NCBI GenBank assembly: GCA_000092065.1
Contig: CP000589.1
Length of the DNA stretch: 64,000 nucleotides
Source of the DNA: Ostreococcus lucimarinus
Taxonomy: Eukaryota
Direction: 5' to 3' (one strand)
Of this stretch, positions 38,473 to 49,283 are shown one piece after another. The translations under genes were made by a program, and so were the position numbers. Position 1 is the stretch's first letter; every line of letters starts with the position of its first letter. The notes below the pieces were generated by a model that did no database searches, had not been told where the DNA came from, and saw only the letters and a program-made list of their open reading frames with translations.

Positions 38473-39340
38473 CGCCCGTCGTCGCCGTCGTCGTGTGCGG
38501 CGCGCGTCGCGTCGCTGGCGTGTCCATCGCCTCGTATATATAGTCTACGTGTCTACTTTTATATGGGATTAGACCACATACATTGACAGTTTCACACGCG
38601 ATGGACGCGACACCCCCGACCGACACTAAACCCTAAAGATTCGCGCATGTGCGGTGCAGACGATAAAGACGGACGCCCCGTAGTGCGCGCCGCAAAACGC
38701 CAATCAACGCGACACTCGGGTGTAAAAAGATGGTCGCGCGCCGCGCACCACAACACCCGCCATCGCGCGCCGCGCGCGCCGCGTCACCGACGCGCGCTTC
38801 GGTCGATCGCGCGCGCGAACGCACGATGGACGATTTCGACGACTTCGTGTTCGGGTTCGAGATCGGGACGACGACGACAAACGGCGCGACGGCGACGACG
38901 ACGACGATTCGCGACGCGATTCGACATCCGTTCGACGTCGTCGCGTTCGCGACGCGGAGCAAATCGCCGACGCCGGCGCCGACGCGGGAGGAGGTCGAGC
39001 GCGAGGCGGCGGCGAAGGCCGCCCTGAAGGCGGCGGCGCGGCGGGAGCGGGAGCGACGGCGAAGCGCGAGGCGGCGGTTGGCGCAGACGGAGGCGCAGCG
39101 CGAGGCGGAGCGCCTGCGGAGTCGACGACGACGCGAGGCGACGACGAGCGCGCGGCGGGCGAGCGAAGCGCGAGGGAAGGCGCGAGGACGCGCGCGCGCG
39201 AGGGAGACGGTCGAGGCGGCGGCGACGCCGGCGTCAGCGAGCGGGGACGCGGCGGCGAGGAAGAGCGTCGGCGAGCGGCGAGCGGCGACGATTCGCCTCG
39301 GCGCGCGGCGGCGAGCGGCGGCGAGCGGCGTCGCCGTGAA

Positions 39341-40447
39341 TTGAATTCGCGCGCGCGTTTCGCGAGCGCGCGATCGGTCGTCTTTCGTCGTCTGTTTCGG
39401 TCGCCATCATTTAATCATCGTCGTCATGATAATGTAAACACTCGTCGTCACGATAATGTAACCACCGCCGAACGTCACTTCGTCCCGCGTCGCGGCGCGC
39501 GCGACGCGAACGACGCGCGGCGATCGATGACGAAGTTCGAACCGCTCGCGAAGGGCGAGCGCGGGCGCGATCGCGCGCGCCCGAGCGCGGCCGAGCGCCG
39601 ATCGCGCATGGAAACATTCAAGCGCACGGGCGCGCATCCAGAACTAGAGATCGACCCGGACGACGCGAGACGCGCGAAAAGGCTGGCGAACGTCGCGCGA
39701 AAGAACGCGTCGAACGTCAAGGCGTTCGTCGACGTCGAGGTGGCGGGCGAAAACCGAGGGTCGGTGGTGATCGAGGTGTTGGAGGAGGCGGCGCCGCGCG
39801 CGGCGAGACGCTTCGCGGAACGCTTGGAGGCGACGGAGGGCGATCGCGATGGGGTGTCGTATCGAGATTCGTGCGAGATGACGACGGTGGACGATGAGTT
39901 GCGAGTGAGTTTCGGGGTTTCGGGGAAACGGGTGAAAACGACGATCGAGGTGGAGGGAGAGCTCACGCACGCGGCGGCGGGCGTCGTCGGCGTGGATCGA
40001 AGGAGCGGGGAATTTTGCGTGACGACGGCGGCGTGTGAGTCTTTGGACGAATCCGCGCAGGTCGTGGGGAGGGTTATTAGTGGTTTAGAGATTTTGCGCG
40101 CGCTCACGCACCGCGAGAAGGGAGAGAAGGTGCCGACTCCGGTTCGAGTGACGGCGTGCGGCGTCGTGCGCGGCGGCGCGGACGTTTCGGCTCTCGTCGG
40201 CGTAGCGGCGCGAGGCCGCGCCGAGGCGGCGGCGAAGGCGCGTGCTGAAGCGGAAAAGATTAGAAATGAGTCTCAGCACGACACGCTGAAGCGTCTGCGC
40301 GCGGAATCGGCACAGAAAGGGGCTGAGATGAACGAAATCGTGCGCTCGACGTTGGGAAAGAAGCTGAAAGAGGCGCCAAAGAAGAAGCCGGGCGCGGGCA
40401 TGCTCGACTCCATGCTCGGTTCGTCTTCGAGCGATTCGGAGGATTAA
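39341..40447 (+). CDS. Divergent cyclophilin-type (PPIase-like) domain protein with a K/E-rich C-terminal tail.
   Basis: KAFVDVEVAGENRGSVVIEVLEEAAPRAARRFAERL...GEFCVTTAACESLDESAQVVGRVISGLEILRAL follows the cyclophilin pattern (VFFDI.IGG...GRIV.EL...P.TAENFR.L ... GSQFFIT......LDG.HVVFG.V..G..V). The real start is probably a downstream Met (about 39527, MTKFEPLAKGE). Confidence 0.45.
   Translation: MNSRARFASARSVVFRRLFRSPSFNHRRHDNVNTRRHDNVTTAERHFVPRRGARDANDARRSMTKFEPLAKGERGRDRARPSAAERRSRMETFKRTGAHPELEIDPDDARRAKRLANVARKNASNVKAFVDVEVAGENRGSVVIEVLEEAAPRAARRFAERLEATEGDRDGVSYRDSCEMTTVDDELRVSFGVSGKRVKTTIEVEGELTHAAAGVVGVDRRSGEFCVTTAACESLDESAQVVGRVISGLEILRALTHREKGEKVPTPVRVTACGVVRGGADVSALVGVAARGRAEAAAKARAEAEKIRNESQHDTLKRLRAESAQKGAEMNEIVRSTLGKKLKEAPKKKPGAGMLDSMLGSSSSDSED
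39400..39470. repeat. Direct repeat TCGTCGTCA(T/C)GATAATGTAA(A/C)CA (two copies) just upstream of the cyclophilin-like gene.
   Basis: tcgtcgtcatgataatgtaaaca ... tcgtcgtcacgataatgtaacca. An AT-rich element in a GC-rich promoter region. Confidence 0.4.
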
Positions 40448-40506
40448 TGGCTGGATCATAATTCGTTCAATAGAAATAGATTGCAATAAACAGTAGCGGC
40501 AAATCG

Positions 40507-41613
40507 TTAAATTTCGGCGAGCAAAGCGTCGATGATTTCGACGTCGATGGCGGCGGGCGCTTTTCCCTTGGCCATATCGTATCCTTTCCTTCGCTCGCGG
40601 TCTGTGGGTGGCGTCAGCGATTGCTCGCCGAAGAAGTTCGTCTTCGTCACCACGCTCAATACTTCCACATCGTCCGGAGCGTCGTCCACGCGCGTCGTGC
40701 TGACGTGGGCGATGAACTGCGCGAGATTTAACCGCTTCGTGTAGCCTTCGGAAGTATCGCCCCTTTTGAGGTACAAATCTTGAAACTTGACGTCGTACAT
40801 GTTATCGACCAACCGCGCGCTGTAATCTCCGAGCAACAACGGCCCATTACCGCGCAATTGCCCCGAACGCACGACCGTCAACGCGTATCCGAGCTCCTTC
40901 GCCCCGCGCTCGAGCGTCGCCTCCGCCGCCGCGTACGAATCCAACAGTCCCTTACTTCCATCCACGTCCCCTCCGATCGGCAGATTCATCTGTCCAACCT
41001 TCACCATCTTTTGCACCGGTCGATTCTGTTCTTTGAACGGATTTTCATCCCGACGATTCACCCCCACGCGCGACAGCGCCACGACGCGTTTCGCCTTCGT
41101 CGCCCCCCTTCGCACGCTCGCCGCCGCCGCCTCGCTCCTCGCCCCGCTCTCGTGCGCCACGATCACGACGTCGCTCGCCCGCATCGCTCGCTCCACCGCT
41201 TCGTCGTCGTTTTCGTTCACCAGCGCGCACTTCATCATCGCCGCCGCGCTCGTCCCGAACCGTCGCTCGAAGACGTCCTCGGGCATGTCCCGCGGCACGT
41301 ACGAGTCCGCGTCCTCCACCACCAGCGCCACGCCGTCGCCGCCGCGGCGCGCGAGCATGCCCGCGATGAGTCGTCCCGTGAGCGAGCGCGCGCCGACGAC
41401 GCACACGCGCGCCGACGACGCCGACGACGACGCGACGCGAATCATCGCGCGTCCGCGCGGATTCGACGCGCGCGTCGCGCGTCGCGCGCGCATCAGCGCG
41501 CGCGAATCGACGCGAACGCGCGCGCGCGTCGACATCGCGCGATTCGCGCCTCGCGTCGACGTCGCGGCGTCGCGCGCGCGTCGAGGCGCGTCGACGAGTG
41601 TCGATCGCGGCAC
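40507..41613 (-). CDS. NAD(P)-binding Rossmann-fold protein (NmrA / atypical SDR-like) with an N-terminal organellar-type targeting peptide.
   Basis: Glycine-rich dinucleotide-binding motif VCVVGARSLTGRLIAGMLARRG after an R/S/A-rich presequence (MSTRARVRVDSRALMRARRATRASNPRG). The remainder is non-repetitive. Confidence 0.5.
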   Translation of the reverse strand: MPRSTLVDAPRRARDAATSTRGANRAMSTRARVRVDSRALMRARRATRASNPRGRAMIRVASSSASSARVCVVGARSLTGRLIAGMLARRGGDGVALVVEDADSYVPRDMPEDVFERRFGTSAAAMMKCALVNENDDEAVERAMRASDVVIVAHESGARSEAAAASVRRGATKAKRVVALSRVGVNRRDENPFKEQNRPVQKMVKVGQMNLPIGGDVDGSKGLLDSYAAAEATLERGAKELGYALTVVRSGQLRGNGPLLLGDYSARLVDNMYDVKFQDLYLKRGDTSEGYTKRLNLAQFIAHVSTTRVDDAPDDVEVLSVVTKTNFFGEQSLTPPTDRERRKGYDMAKGKAPAAIDVEIIDALLAEI

Positions 41614-42022
41614 AACGCGACGACCGAGCGCGCGCGCGCGCGAACGCGCGCGACGCTCGAGCGCGCGCGCGCGCGGTGAGAGCGTCGAGCGCTTTTGCGC
41701 GAGGCGAATCGCGGCGACGCGGACGCGGGCGAGGCGCGCGCGGGGGCGGGCGGGCGCGCGGGACGCGCGCGGGCGGTGGTGTCGAGGGCGATTCGACGAC
41801 TTCGCGACGATATGGCGTCGCAGCGGTGCGTGATTCGCGAGCGAGACGCGCGGTGCGCGGTGCGGGGGGGTCGTGAGCGTCGTTCGCGCGCGGTAGGGGA
41901 AGCGCGCGCGACGGGGGGCGCCGCGAGGGAGAATTTGAGTCGTGTTCTTAACAGAATTGCGAATTTGAATTCGGGCGGAAAGTCGACGATGACTGACGAC
42001 GCGCGAACGCGCGACGCGCAGG

Positions 42023-43651
42023 ATGAACGGACAAGGCGCGAAATTCGGACGATTTGTCTCGATCGGACGCGTCGGGGAGCCGAAACCGGCGCAATTGCCG
42101 AGCGAACGGCGCGAAGGCGGCGACGAGGACCGAAGCGCGAGACCGACGCCGGGACGGGACGAAGGACGGTGGCGAGACGAGAATGAATCGATCGATCCGC
42201 GGCGTCGGGAATCGGGAGACGGAGGCGCGCGACGATATGACGATGGGTACGGGCGAGAGCGAGGGTACGGCGATCGGGATCGAGGGTTCGGGTCGGCGTC
42301 GTTCGACGGCGGCGCGAGGCGGAGTCGGGACGACGACGGCGGTTACGGAGGGAGTTGGAGGTCGGCGGATCGGCGGATGAGCGGGGAACGCGCTGGAAGG
42401 GATTATGGAAGCGGTGGTTGGCAAGACAGGGATGATCACCGCGGATTCGGGAGACAGGCGCGGGAGAGTCCCGATCGCGAAAAGAGTTGGCGGCGGCGAG
42501 AAGAACCGGCGACGGCGACGGCGACGAGACCGGTTGCGACGGCGCCCGTCGTTCGAAGGAGCCTGGACGTGAATCATAACGCGGAGGGTGCTTTAGATAA
42601 GCTACACATTCCGCACGGCGCGCACGAATGGGGACAAGAAGACGACGATTTTGACGATTTGGCGCCTCCAGCTTGGTTGCTGCAGGACGAACGCGGCGCA
42701 AGCGGAGGCGACGACAGGCGAGCGCAACATCGCGTGCCTGAGCCGCGTCAGAGCTCCAGATCGCCACCTACGTCTCGTGTGAAAGCGCTCGTGAGGCCAA
42801 AGGGAGATGGTGGGCACTTCAACAGCGCGAAACTTCCGGACCATTTGAAAAATTTGAAGCGCGAACCCGGCGAAGAGAAGAAGCTGTGGACGCCTCCGGA
42901 ACCGGTCGGAGGCGCGGTTAAAAAGCGTCCAGAAAAGGTACACAGTACGCCTCCTAAGGCTGTACCTAAAGTCACGCCTAGGAGCGTACCAGAACCTAAG
43001 ACTCGCAGAAGCATGGACATCAGTCCCGTATCGCGAACGCCGCCTCAACCGCGCAAATCGAGCGCGTCCAAAAGGCAGCCTTCGCCTTCGGCGCCGCATT
43101 TACCGCCGCCTCATCCTTTACAACAAACACCACCACCGGCTCCACCTGGGGCTCCCCCACCGGGCGCTTCTAGAGCGCCGCCTCCGGTTCCTCCCGGCGT
43201 GCCGCCGCCGGCGACCCGGGCGCCCCCGTTGCCGCCGACTCCGCCGCCCCCGTTGCCGCCAGGCGCGCCGCCGGCGAGGCCTCCACTGCCGGCCGGTCCG
43301 CCACCAGCGATGCCACCGCTTGATGCGGCTTTGAAAGCCAAGTTAGCTGTCTCTGAAAAGTCTGCGCCCGCTAAAGCGGCGAAGAAAAAGAAAAAGAAGA
43401 GCAACATCTCCAGAACCGCGTCGTCGTCAGAGAATTTAGAGGACGCCGCGGAGAACAAGACACCGCCGCCGAAAGCGAAGATTGTCAAGGGTAAGTCGAA
43501 GGGCAAGAATTCAAAAAGTTCTTCGCACGACAATCTCGCCGCTGCGGCGAAGAAAGATGGCGGTTCTCCACCGAAACCGAACCTTTTACCAAAGGCAAAG
43601 GACAGCCCGGTGGGGAACGCGTCAAGAGCGGAGTCAAAAATCAGCATCTGA
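42023..43651 (+). CDS. Low-complexity proline-rich protein (RGG/DGGYGG-rich N-terminus, polyproline PPPxPPG tracts, K-rich C-terminus).
   Basis: PPAPPGAPPPGASRAPPPVPPGVPPPATRAPPLPPTPPPPLPPGAPPARPPLPAGPPPAMPP is formin/WASP-like polyproline. The gene model is uncertain. Confidence 0.4.
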   Translation: MNGQGAKFGRFVSIGRVGEPKPAQLPSERREGGDEDRSARPTPGRDEGRWRDENESIDPRRRESGDGGARRYDDGYGRERGYGDRDRGFGSASFDGGARRSRDDDGGYGGSWRSADRRMSGERAGRDYGSGGWQDRDDHRGFGRQARESPDREKSWRRREEPATATATRPVATAPVVRRSLDVNHNAEGALDKLHIPHGAHEWGQEDDDFDDLAPPAWLLQDERGASGGDDRRAQHRVPEPRQSSRSPPTSRVKALVRPKGDGGHFNSAKLPDHLKNLKREPGEEKKLWTPPEPVGGAVKKRPEKVHSTPPKAVPKVTPRSVPEPKTRRSMDISPVSRTPPQPRKSSASKRQPSPSAPHLPPPHPLQQTPPPAPPGAPPPGASRAPPPVPPGVPPPATRAPPLPPTPPPPLPPGAPPARPPLPAGPPPAMPPLDAALKAKLAVSEKSAPAKAAKKKKKKSNISRTASSSENLEDAAENKTPPPKAKIVKGKSKGKNSKSSSHDNLAAAAKKDGGSPPKPNLLPKAKDSPVGNASRAESKISI

Positions 43652-43745
43652 TGCCGTCATGTATAAACATACCACTCTACACACGACACAGTTATTTCTA
43701 TAATCAAGATTTACCATTAGCTACAACTACACTACCTACATTTAC

Positions 43746-44474
43746 CTACGAATACGGCGTCGTGACGCCGAAGATGCTCTCGAGAGATGTCGCGGCTGTC
43801 GCGGAGCTAACCCCCGAGGTATCGACCACATCGAAACACTCCACTACCGCCTGATCGCTCGAAACCCTACAGGGTTTCGTTCCACACTTACACGAGCAGC
43901 AGCTATCGGCGCTCGCGTAAAAATGCTCCGCCGGCACCACCGCGAGCGCCGCGCTCAGCGGCGCTCGCCAATACAGCTTCGCCGAAAACGTCCCGCTCGC
44001 GCCGTTGTACGTGATCGCCTCGATCTCCACGTCTACATTCGCTTCCAAATATTTCCAACCCGTAATATTCCCCCCGCTCTCACTGCTCGCGACGACTCCA
44101 CCGTTGACGCGCAGCGCACCGCCGGCGTTCGCTTCCAGCGCGAACAGGTGCGCGCCGGTGACGTTCGCGCGCAGGCGTCCTCGAAAGCGCGCCAGCGCGT
44201 TCGCATCGACGGTTTGCCCGCTCGCCAGCGGCAGGCTCGAGACATCGATCGACGTAACGTTGGCCGTGTGCGCGGGCGCCGCGCCGCGCACGTCCGGCAC
44301 GCGCGTCGGCGCGACGGGATACGTGAAGACGTCCAGCCTCAGGCCGCGGGCATCGACCGGGACACTCGAAGAAACGGTCGACGTGTTCGCGATGTCGATC
44401 GCGGCCGCGGCGAAACGGACGCGCGCGACGACGAGGGCGATGAGGAAAAGCCGGGCCCGCGCGCGGAGGGACAT
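43746..44474 (-). CDS. Hypothetical secreted protein (signal peptide; possible PA14/GLEYA-like beta-sandwich; Cys-rich C-terminus).
   Basis: MSLRARARLFLIALVVARVRFAAAA signal, then GWKYLEANVDVEIEAITYNGASGTFSAKLYW ... CCSCKCGTKPC. Confidence 0.45.
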   Translation of the reverse strand: MSLRARARLFLIALVVARVRFAAAAIDIANTSTVSSSVPVDARGLRLDVFTYPVAPTRVPDVRGAAPAHTANVTSIDVSSLPLASGQTVDANALARFRGRLRANVTGAHLFALEANAGGALRVNGGVVASSESGGNITGWKYLEANVDVEIEAITYNGASGTFSAKLYWRAPLSAALAVVPAEHFYASADSCCSCKCGTKPCRVSSDQAVVECFDVVDTSGVSSATAATSLESIFGVTTPYS

Positions 44475-44579
44475 CGAGGACGGTGCGCCGAGGAGTGGGG
44501 CGAGGAGAGGCGCGAACGGGACAAACAGTTACTTTGGTTTGACGGTCGACGCGTGTTATTAATGCGTCGTGCGTCGTCG

Positions 44580-47500
44580 CTAGATGCGATAACGGCCTTG
44601 TGGTTGACCTGCGGCGCCGGGAAGGGCTTGCTTAGCGATGGCGGTCTCGATGATGTTCTTGACGTAGTTCTTTCCTTCCTTGACCACGCGCTCGGTGGGG
44701 CCTTCGATGAGGAGGTAGAGCTTGCGATCGCCGGGGGCGAGCGGACGCCCGGGGGCGGCGTATTGCCCTTTTGCCGTGACTGCGGCGCCGGTATGCTCCA
44801 TGATTTGCACTAACGTGTCTTTGTGAGTGACCTTGTAGCGCGCGAATTGTGGGAAGTCGTTGATCTCGAGCTCAGTCTCGAAGTGCGAGCCTGACTGCGT
44901 CGGCCCTCTGGACGTTTTTGCGTGCTGCGCGTTGAGCGCTGCGGCGAGGGCGGCGGCTTTAGCGGCACCCGCCGATGCGCCGTGCGCAAGCGCGTAGCTC
45001 TGAGCCAATGCGATCGCTTTCGTATTTTGCGCGCCTGCAGCTTGTTTTTGCGGCTGCTTCATTTTTGCAAAAACGGATTGCGCCGCAGCTTGCGCGATCT
45101 GCGCGGGCGTCAAGCCACCCTTGGCGACGAGCGCTCCTGGCGTGTGCGCAGCCTCCGCCGCCGCCGCCGCCGCCGCCGCCGCTGCTGCGGCCGCTTGTGC
45201 TGGTGCTTGAGCAGCTGCAGCTGCTTGCGCCGCGGATGCTTGCGCTGCGGCTTGACCGGACGGACCCACAGAGGCGTAGATTGGTCCTTCGTCTTCCGCA
45301 TTGCCATCGCCGAAGACTGGCTCTTCGTCACTATCGCTCTCACCATCGTCTACATCCAGGCCAGCCGCTCGAGCGGCGTCACGCTTCTGTTTGCGCAAGA
45401 GGTCTTGCTCTTCTTGGTTGAATTTGAATCCAGAACCACCGAAGCCAGAACCAGCGGCACCGACGAGACCCTCCTTGCGCTTACGAGTAAACTCATCCGC
45501 CATTGCTTGCACATCCTGCGGGACGTTTTGCTTCGACTCTTTAAGCGCCTTGACTAAGTCGGGTGCGAACTTTTCTTCGTCTTCTGAAATAAACGTTACT
45601 GCGGTCCCTTTCTGGCCGGCGCGTCCAGTACGTCCAACTCTGTGCACGTAATCCTCCAAGTGGTTAGGCGTGTCGTAGTTGATGACGAGCCTCAAATCCT
45701 TGACATCCAACCCGCGAGCGGCGACGGAGGTGGCGACGAGGATGTTACAGACGTCTGATTTGAAGTCTGAAATCGTACTTTGTCGGTCGCTTTGTTCTTT
45801 ACCGCCATGTAAGCTCAAACACGGATAACCGCTCTTGAGCAATTCCTTAAACGTCGAGTCCGCCTTGTCCTGGCTCGCGACGAAGATTATAATCTTGCCG
45901 CGCTCGTACCATTCGCCGAGTAATTCTAAGACTCGTAAAAATCGATCTTCTTCGGGACGAAGTTCCACAAGCTGCTCTATATCGGAGTTCACCACGGACT
46001 TTCCACCGATTTGGATCTCGATCGGGTTGTCCAGCGCGGCACGCGCCAACGCCTCCATCGTGTGCGGAAACGTGGCGCTAAACATCACCGTCTGGCGATC
46101 CGGACGAAGATTGGCCAGGATGCGAGTAATTTGTGGTTCAAAGCCCATATCGAACATACGGTCTGCCTCATCGAGCACCATGTAAGTTACTCTACGCAAG
46201 TTTGTAATTTTTCCCGAACCTGTCGTCAGCAAGTCAATCATGCGACCGGGCGTGCACGCGACGATTTCCGCGCCGCGTTTCAAATCGCCAATCTGCGCCG
46301 CTATACCCGAGCCACCGTACACGGACACGGCCGAAAACCCCATGGCTTTTCCGTAACGCTTGCAATCTTTACCAATCTGCGTCACCAACTCTCTCGTAGG
46401 TCCCATGATCATACCAATAGGTCCGTCGCCGGAGGCGAGGGGCTCCTGCGCGTTGATGTGGCGCAACATCGGTAAAATGTACGCTAAAGTCTTCCCGCTA
46501 CCGGTTTTCGCGACCCCGATGCAATCGCGTCCGGACATGATCACGGGAAGCGCTTGTGCCTGAATAGGCATCGGCTTTTCGAATCCAGACCGGCGAATCA
46601 GCTCATGCACGCGATTGTTCAAGCCCGCCTGCGCCCACGTCTTGATGGGTTTCGGCACCTTTTTACCTCGACACTTGATTCCGTCCAACTCCACACGAAG
46701 CTGCTTCACCTCCGCCTTGGTCATCGACGCTATTTCCTTCGCTTCGATGTAAAAGTTTTTCTTCACCGGTTCGTAATCGATCTCGTCGTGATTCACCGTC
46801 CCGAGACGTTCAGTCTTGCTCAATTTCGCGGTTTGCTTCTTTGCCCACGCTTCGTCGTCGTCGTCGTCGTCATCTACCTCAGTTTTTGCTTCGACCGCGT
46901 CTTCCGACAGAACATCCGTAGTTTTAGCTTCATCTCTTTCGGCTTCGTCTTCGGACGACTCGCCTCCGCTTGAGTCGAAGACCTCGTTCATGACTTGCGC
47001 GCGTTTGGACGTTCTTCTATTCTTCTTCACCGGCACATAATTCACCGCCGCGGTCGGGATCACTGGACGCAAAACCTCGACGACAGACTTTTTCACCCCC
47101 AAAACCAACGGTTTCGACGTCGACGCGCCGTCCGCGGAGGTGCCTCGCGCGCCAATCTTCCCCGCCGCCGCCGCCTTTTTCGCCGCCGCCGCGAACACGC
47201 TCATCAACGCGTCTTCCTCCGAAACCTCCATCGGCGTCGCTTCAGCCTTCGCCTTTGCCTCTAACTTGGCCGCTTCCTTTTCCTCGGCCTCGCGCTTAGC
47301 GCGCTCTTTCGCCTTTTCTCGCTCCTGGTCCATCGCGTCGTCGTTCGCCGCCATGAAAGCGTCGAGCGGGTCGTCGTCTTCATCCGTCGTCTCCCCCTTA
47401 CTCCTGGACCCACTCCTCCCGCGTCGTTTCGCACCCCCCGCGACCGTCGTTTTCGCCTTTTTACCCCTCTTCCCATCGTCCTCGTCCGCGTCCGCGTCCG

Positions 47501-47798
47501 CGTCCGCATCACCGAGCGTCAATTCCGGCGGCGGCTTCGACTTCGCCGAATTCGACCCGTCGCCGTCCTCCTCCTCCTCCGCCTCGAACAATCCTCGCAC
47601 CGCGCTCGGCCTCGCGCTCGGTCTTCGCGCCGTCAGCGCGAACGACGCCGAGCGCTCCGACGCCTCTCGTCCGCCCCCCGCGCGCTCGTTCGCCCACGCG
47701 CGCGCTTTCGCGTGCCGCCGCGCCTTGACGTCCGCGTCGTCATCGTCCTCTCGCTCCCCGTTCTCCGCGCGTCGGCGCTTCGTCGCGCGCGGTGGCAT
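44580..47798 (-). CDS. DDX46: DEAD-box ATP-dependent RNA helicase DDX46 / PRP5 (U2 snRNP spliceosomal helicase) with an RS/acidic N-terminus.
   Basis: Helicase motifs AKTGSGKT, PTRELV, DEADRM, SAT, HRVGRTGRAG. The PRP5-specific C-terminal domain (EINDFPQFARYKVTHKDTLVQIMEHTGAAVTAKGQYAAPGRPLAPGDRKLYLLIEGPTE). The first ATG is at 47798; the track start at 47807 is a GTG. Confidence 0.85.
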   Translation of the reverse strand: MPPRATKRRRAENGEREDDDDADVKARRHAKARAWANERAGGGREASERSASFALTARRPSARPSAVRGLFEAEEEEDGDGSNSAKSKPPPELTLGDADADADADEDDGKRGKKAKTTVAGGAKRRGRSGSRSKGETTDEDDDPLDAFMAANDDAMDQEREKAKERAKREAEEKEAAKLEAKAKAEATPMEVSEEDALMSVFAAAAKKAAAAGKIGARGTSADGASTSKPLVLGVKKSVVEVLRPVIPTAAVNYVPVKKNRRTSKRAQVMNEVFDSSGGESSEDEAERDEAKTTDVLSEDAVEAKTEVDDDDDDDEAWAKKQTAKLSKTERLGTVNHDEIDYEPVKKNFYIEAKEIASMTKAEVKQLRVELDGIKCRGKKVPKPIKTWAQAGLNNRVHELIRRSGFEKPMPIQAQALPVIMSGRDCIGVAKTGSGKTLAYILPMLRHINAQEPLASGDGPIGMIMGPTRELVTQIGKDCKRYGKAMGFSAVSVYGGSGIAAQIGDLKRGAEIVACTPGRMIDLLTTGSGKITNLRRVTYMVLDEADRMFDMGFEPQITRILANLRPDRQTVMFSATFPHTMEALARAALDNPIEIQIGGKSVVNSDIEQLVELRPEEDRFLRVLELLGEWYERGKIIIFVASQDKADSTFKELLKSGYPCLSLHGGKEQSDRQSTISDFKSDVCNILVATSVAARGLDVKDLRLVINYDTPNHLEDYVHRVGRTGRAGQKGTAVTFISEDEEKFAPDLVKALKESKQNVPQDVQAMADEFTRKRKEGLVGAAGSGFGGSGFKFNQEEQDLLRKQKRDAARAAGLDVDDGESDSDEEPVFGDGNAEDEGPIYASVGPSGQAAAQASAAQAAAAAQAPAQAAAAAAAAAAAAAEAAHTPGALVAKGGLTPAQIAQAAAQSVFAKMKQPQKQAAGAQNTKAIALAQSYALAHGASAGAAKAAALAAALNAQHAKTSRGPTQSGSHFETELEINDFPQFARYKVTHKDTLVQIMEHTGAAVTAKGQYAAPGRPLAPGDRKLYLLIEGPTERVVKEGKNYVKNIIETAIAKQALPGAAGQPQGRYRI
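45120..45260. repeat. (GCN)n trinucleotide repeat encoding a poly-Ala/Gln tract inside DDX46.
   Basis: gccgccgccgccgccgccgccgccgctgctgcggccgc...; protein AAAQASAAQAAAAAQAPAQAAAAAAAAAAAAAEAA. Confidence 0.5.
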
Positions 47799-48124
47799 CG
47801 AACGCACCCTCGTCGAGCGTTCACCGCGCGCGCTCGACGCGTGGGCGTCCGCGCGCGCGCGCGTCGTCGCGAAATGTCGATCGAGTCGGTTGGGTTTCGC
47901 AATCGCGACGCCGCACTTCGAGACGCCGCGCGCGCTTCCGACGCGTTTCGGACCGCGCGAGCGCGAGGCGGGAGGCGCGGGGCGCGTCGACGCGCGCGCC
48001 GCGCGTCGACGAGCGCGCGCGACGCGCGAGGGCGCGCGCGCGGTCGATAATCTGAGATTTCGAGCGCGCGACGCCTCGAAACGACGTCGACGCCTCGAAA
48101 CGACGACGCGCGCGCTCGAGAGAG

Positions 48125-49192
48125 ATGTTCTCCAGGTTCGGCGTCGGTCAGGCGCGGTTCAACGCGAGCTATCGCGCGTACCCGGTGAGCTTCATCGATC
48201 GCCCGCAGTTGGAGCTCGGGGACAAGGTGATCTTGCCGCCGAGCGCGCTCGAGAGGCTGACGCGGATGCAAATCGATGATTACCCGATGCTGTTCGAGGT
48301 GACGAACGCGAAGGAGGGGAAATCGACGCACTGCGGTGTGCTGGAATTCGTCGCGGACGAGGGGGTGGTGTACTTGCCGTATTGGATGATGCAAAACTTG
48401 TTGCTGGGCGAGGGAGACATCGTAAAGTTTTCGTACTCGACGCTGCCGAAGGGGACGTACGTGAAGTTGCAGCCGCAGACGCAGGACTTTTTGGATATAT
48501 CGAATCCGAAGGCGGTGTTGGAAACGACGCTGCGGCAGTACACGTGCTTGACGGTGGGAGATACGTTTGTGATTCATTACAATAACAAGCAGTATCACAT
48601 CGACGTCATCGAGGCGAAACCGGGGGACGCCATCGGAGTCGTGGACACGGATTGCGAGGTTGATTTCGCACCGCCGCTGGATTACGTCGATCCTTACGGA
48701 CCAGACACGACGAAGTTTGAGGATACGAATTCTGGGGCGATAAATGCGCCGAAGACGGCCGACAAGGCAGACGCGGGAGCGTCTGGCGACGCGGCGACAA
48801 ACGGCGAAACGCTCGCGGCGCCGCAACCGGTGGTGAATACTTTTCTCGCGTTCGCGGGTGGTGGGCATCGATTAGACGGTAAAGCGATCTCAGAAATCGC
48901 CCCGAAAGAGGTGGAGATTCCGACGTCTTCGCTCAACGTCACCAAGGAATGGCAGCAGCTTCGTCAAGGAGGTGTTTTGGGAGGAGAAACTAGCAAGGAA
49001 CCAGAAAAACCCGCCCCGGACGCCGACATCGACCGCAAGCGCAGCGGCAAGGTGGTGTTTGGTGGCGCGCGCGCGGCGGCGATCGCTCGCAAGAAAGAGA
49101 AAGCCGCGGTTGCGAAAAAAGACGATTCCTCGAAAGACAAACCGACGTCGACGTTCCAAGCGTTCCAAGGAAGCGGGAACAAGTTACGATGA
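48125..49192 (+). CDS. UFD1: Ubiquitin fusion degradation protein 1 (UFD1, Cdc48/p97 cofactor).
   Basis: YRAYPVSF...[31 protein letters not shown]...[33 protein letters not shown]...[37 protein letters not shown] matches the UFD1 double-psi beta-barrel almost motif for motif. C-terminal FQGSGNKLR looks like a SHP box. Confidence 0.9.
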   Translation: [355 protein letters not shown]

Positions 49193-49283
49193 CACGATTG
49201 ATTGATGTGTACACACTGAATTGAAAATGAAAATAGCAAGCAGCCTACGGTTATTATACGATGCGATGATTTCGCGTTTTCGT

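Noticed and set aside
38647-39344. 204-aa plus ORF 38730..39344 (MDDFDDFVFGFEIGTTTTNG... then an R/E/A-rich tail) as a gene
   Set aside because: Only the first ~60 residues look protein-like. The rest is R/A/E low complexity in the promoter region of the cyclophilin-like gene. Too weak to call.
41493-42767. 424-aa minus ORF and the 299-aa / 266-aa plus ORFs around 40780-41833
   Set aside because: R/S/A/P low complexity, antisense to or out of frame with the NAD(P)-binding and proline-rich genes.
47633-48868. 411-aa minus ORF antisense to UFD1 and the DDX46 5' region
   Set aside because: R-rich with no motifs. UFD1 on the plus strand is unambiguous.
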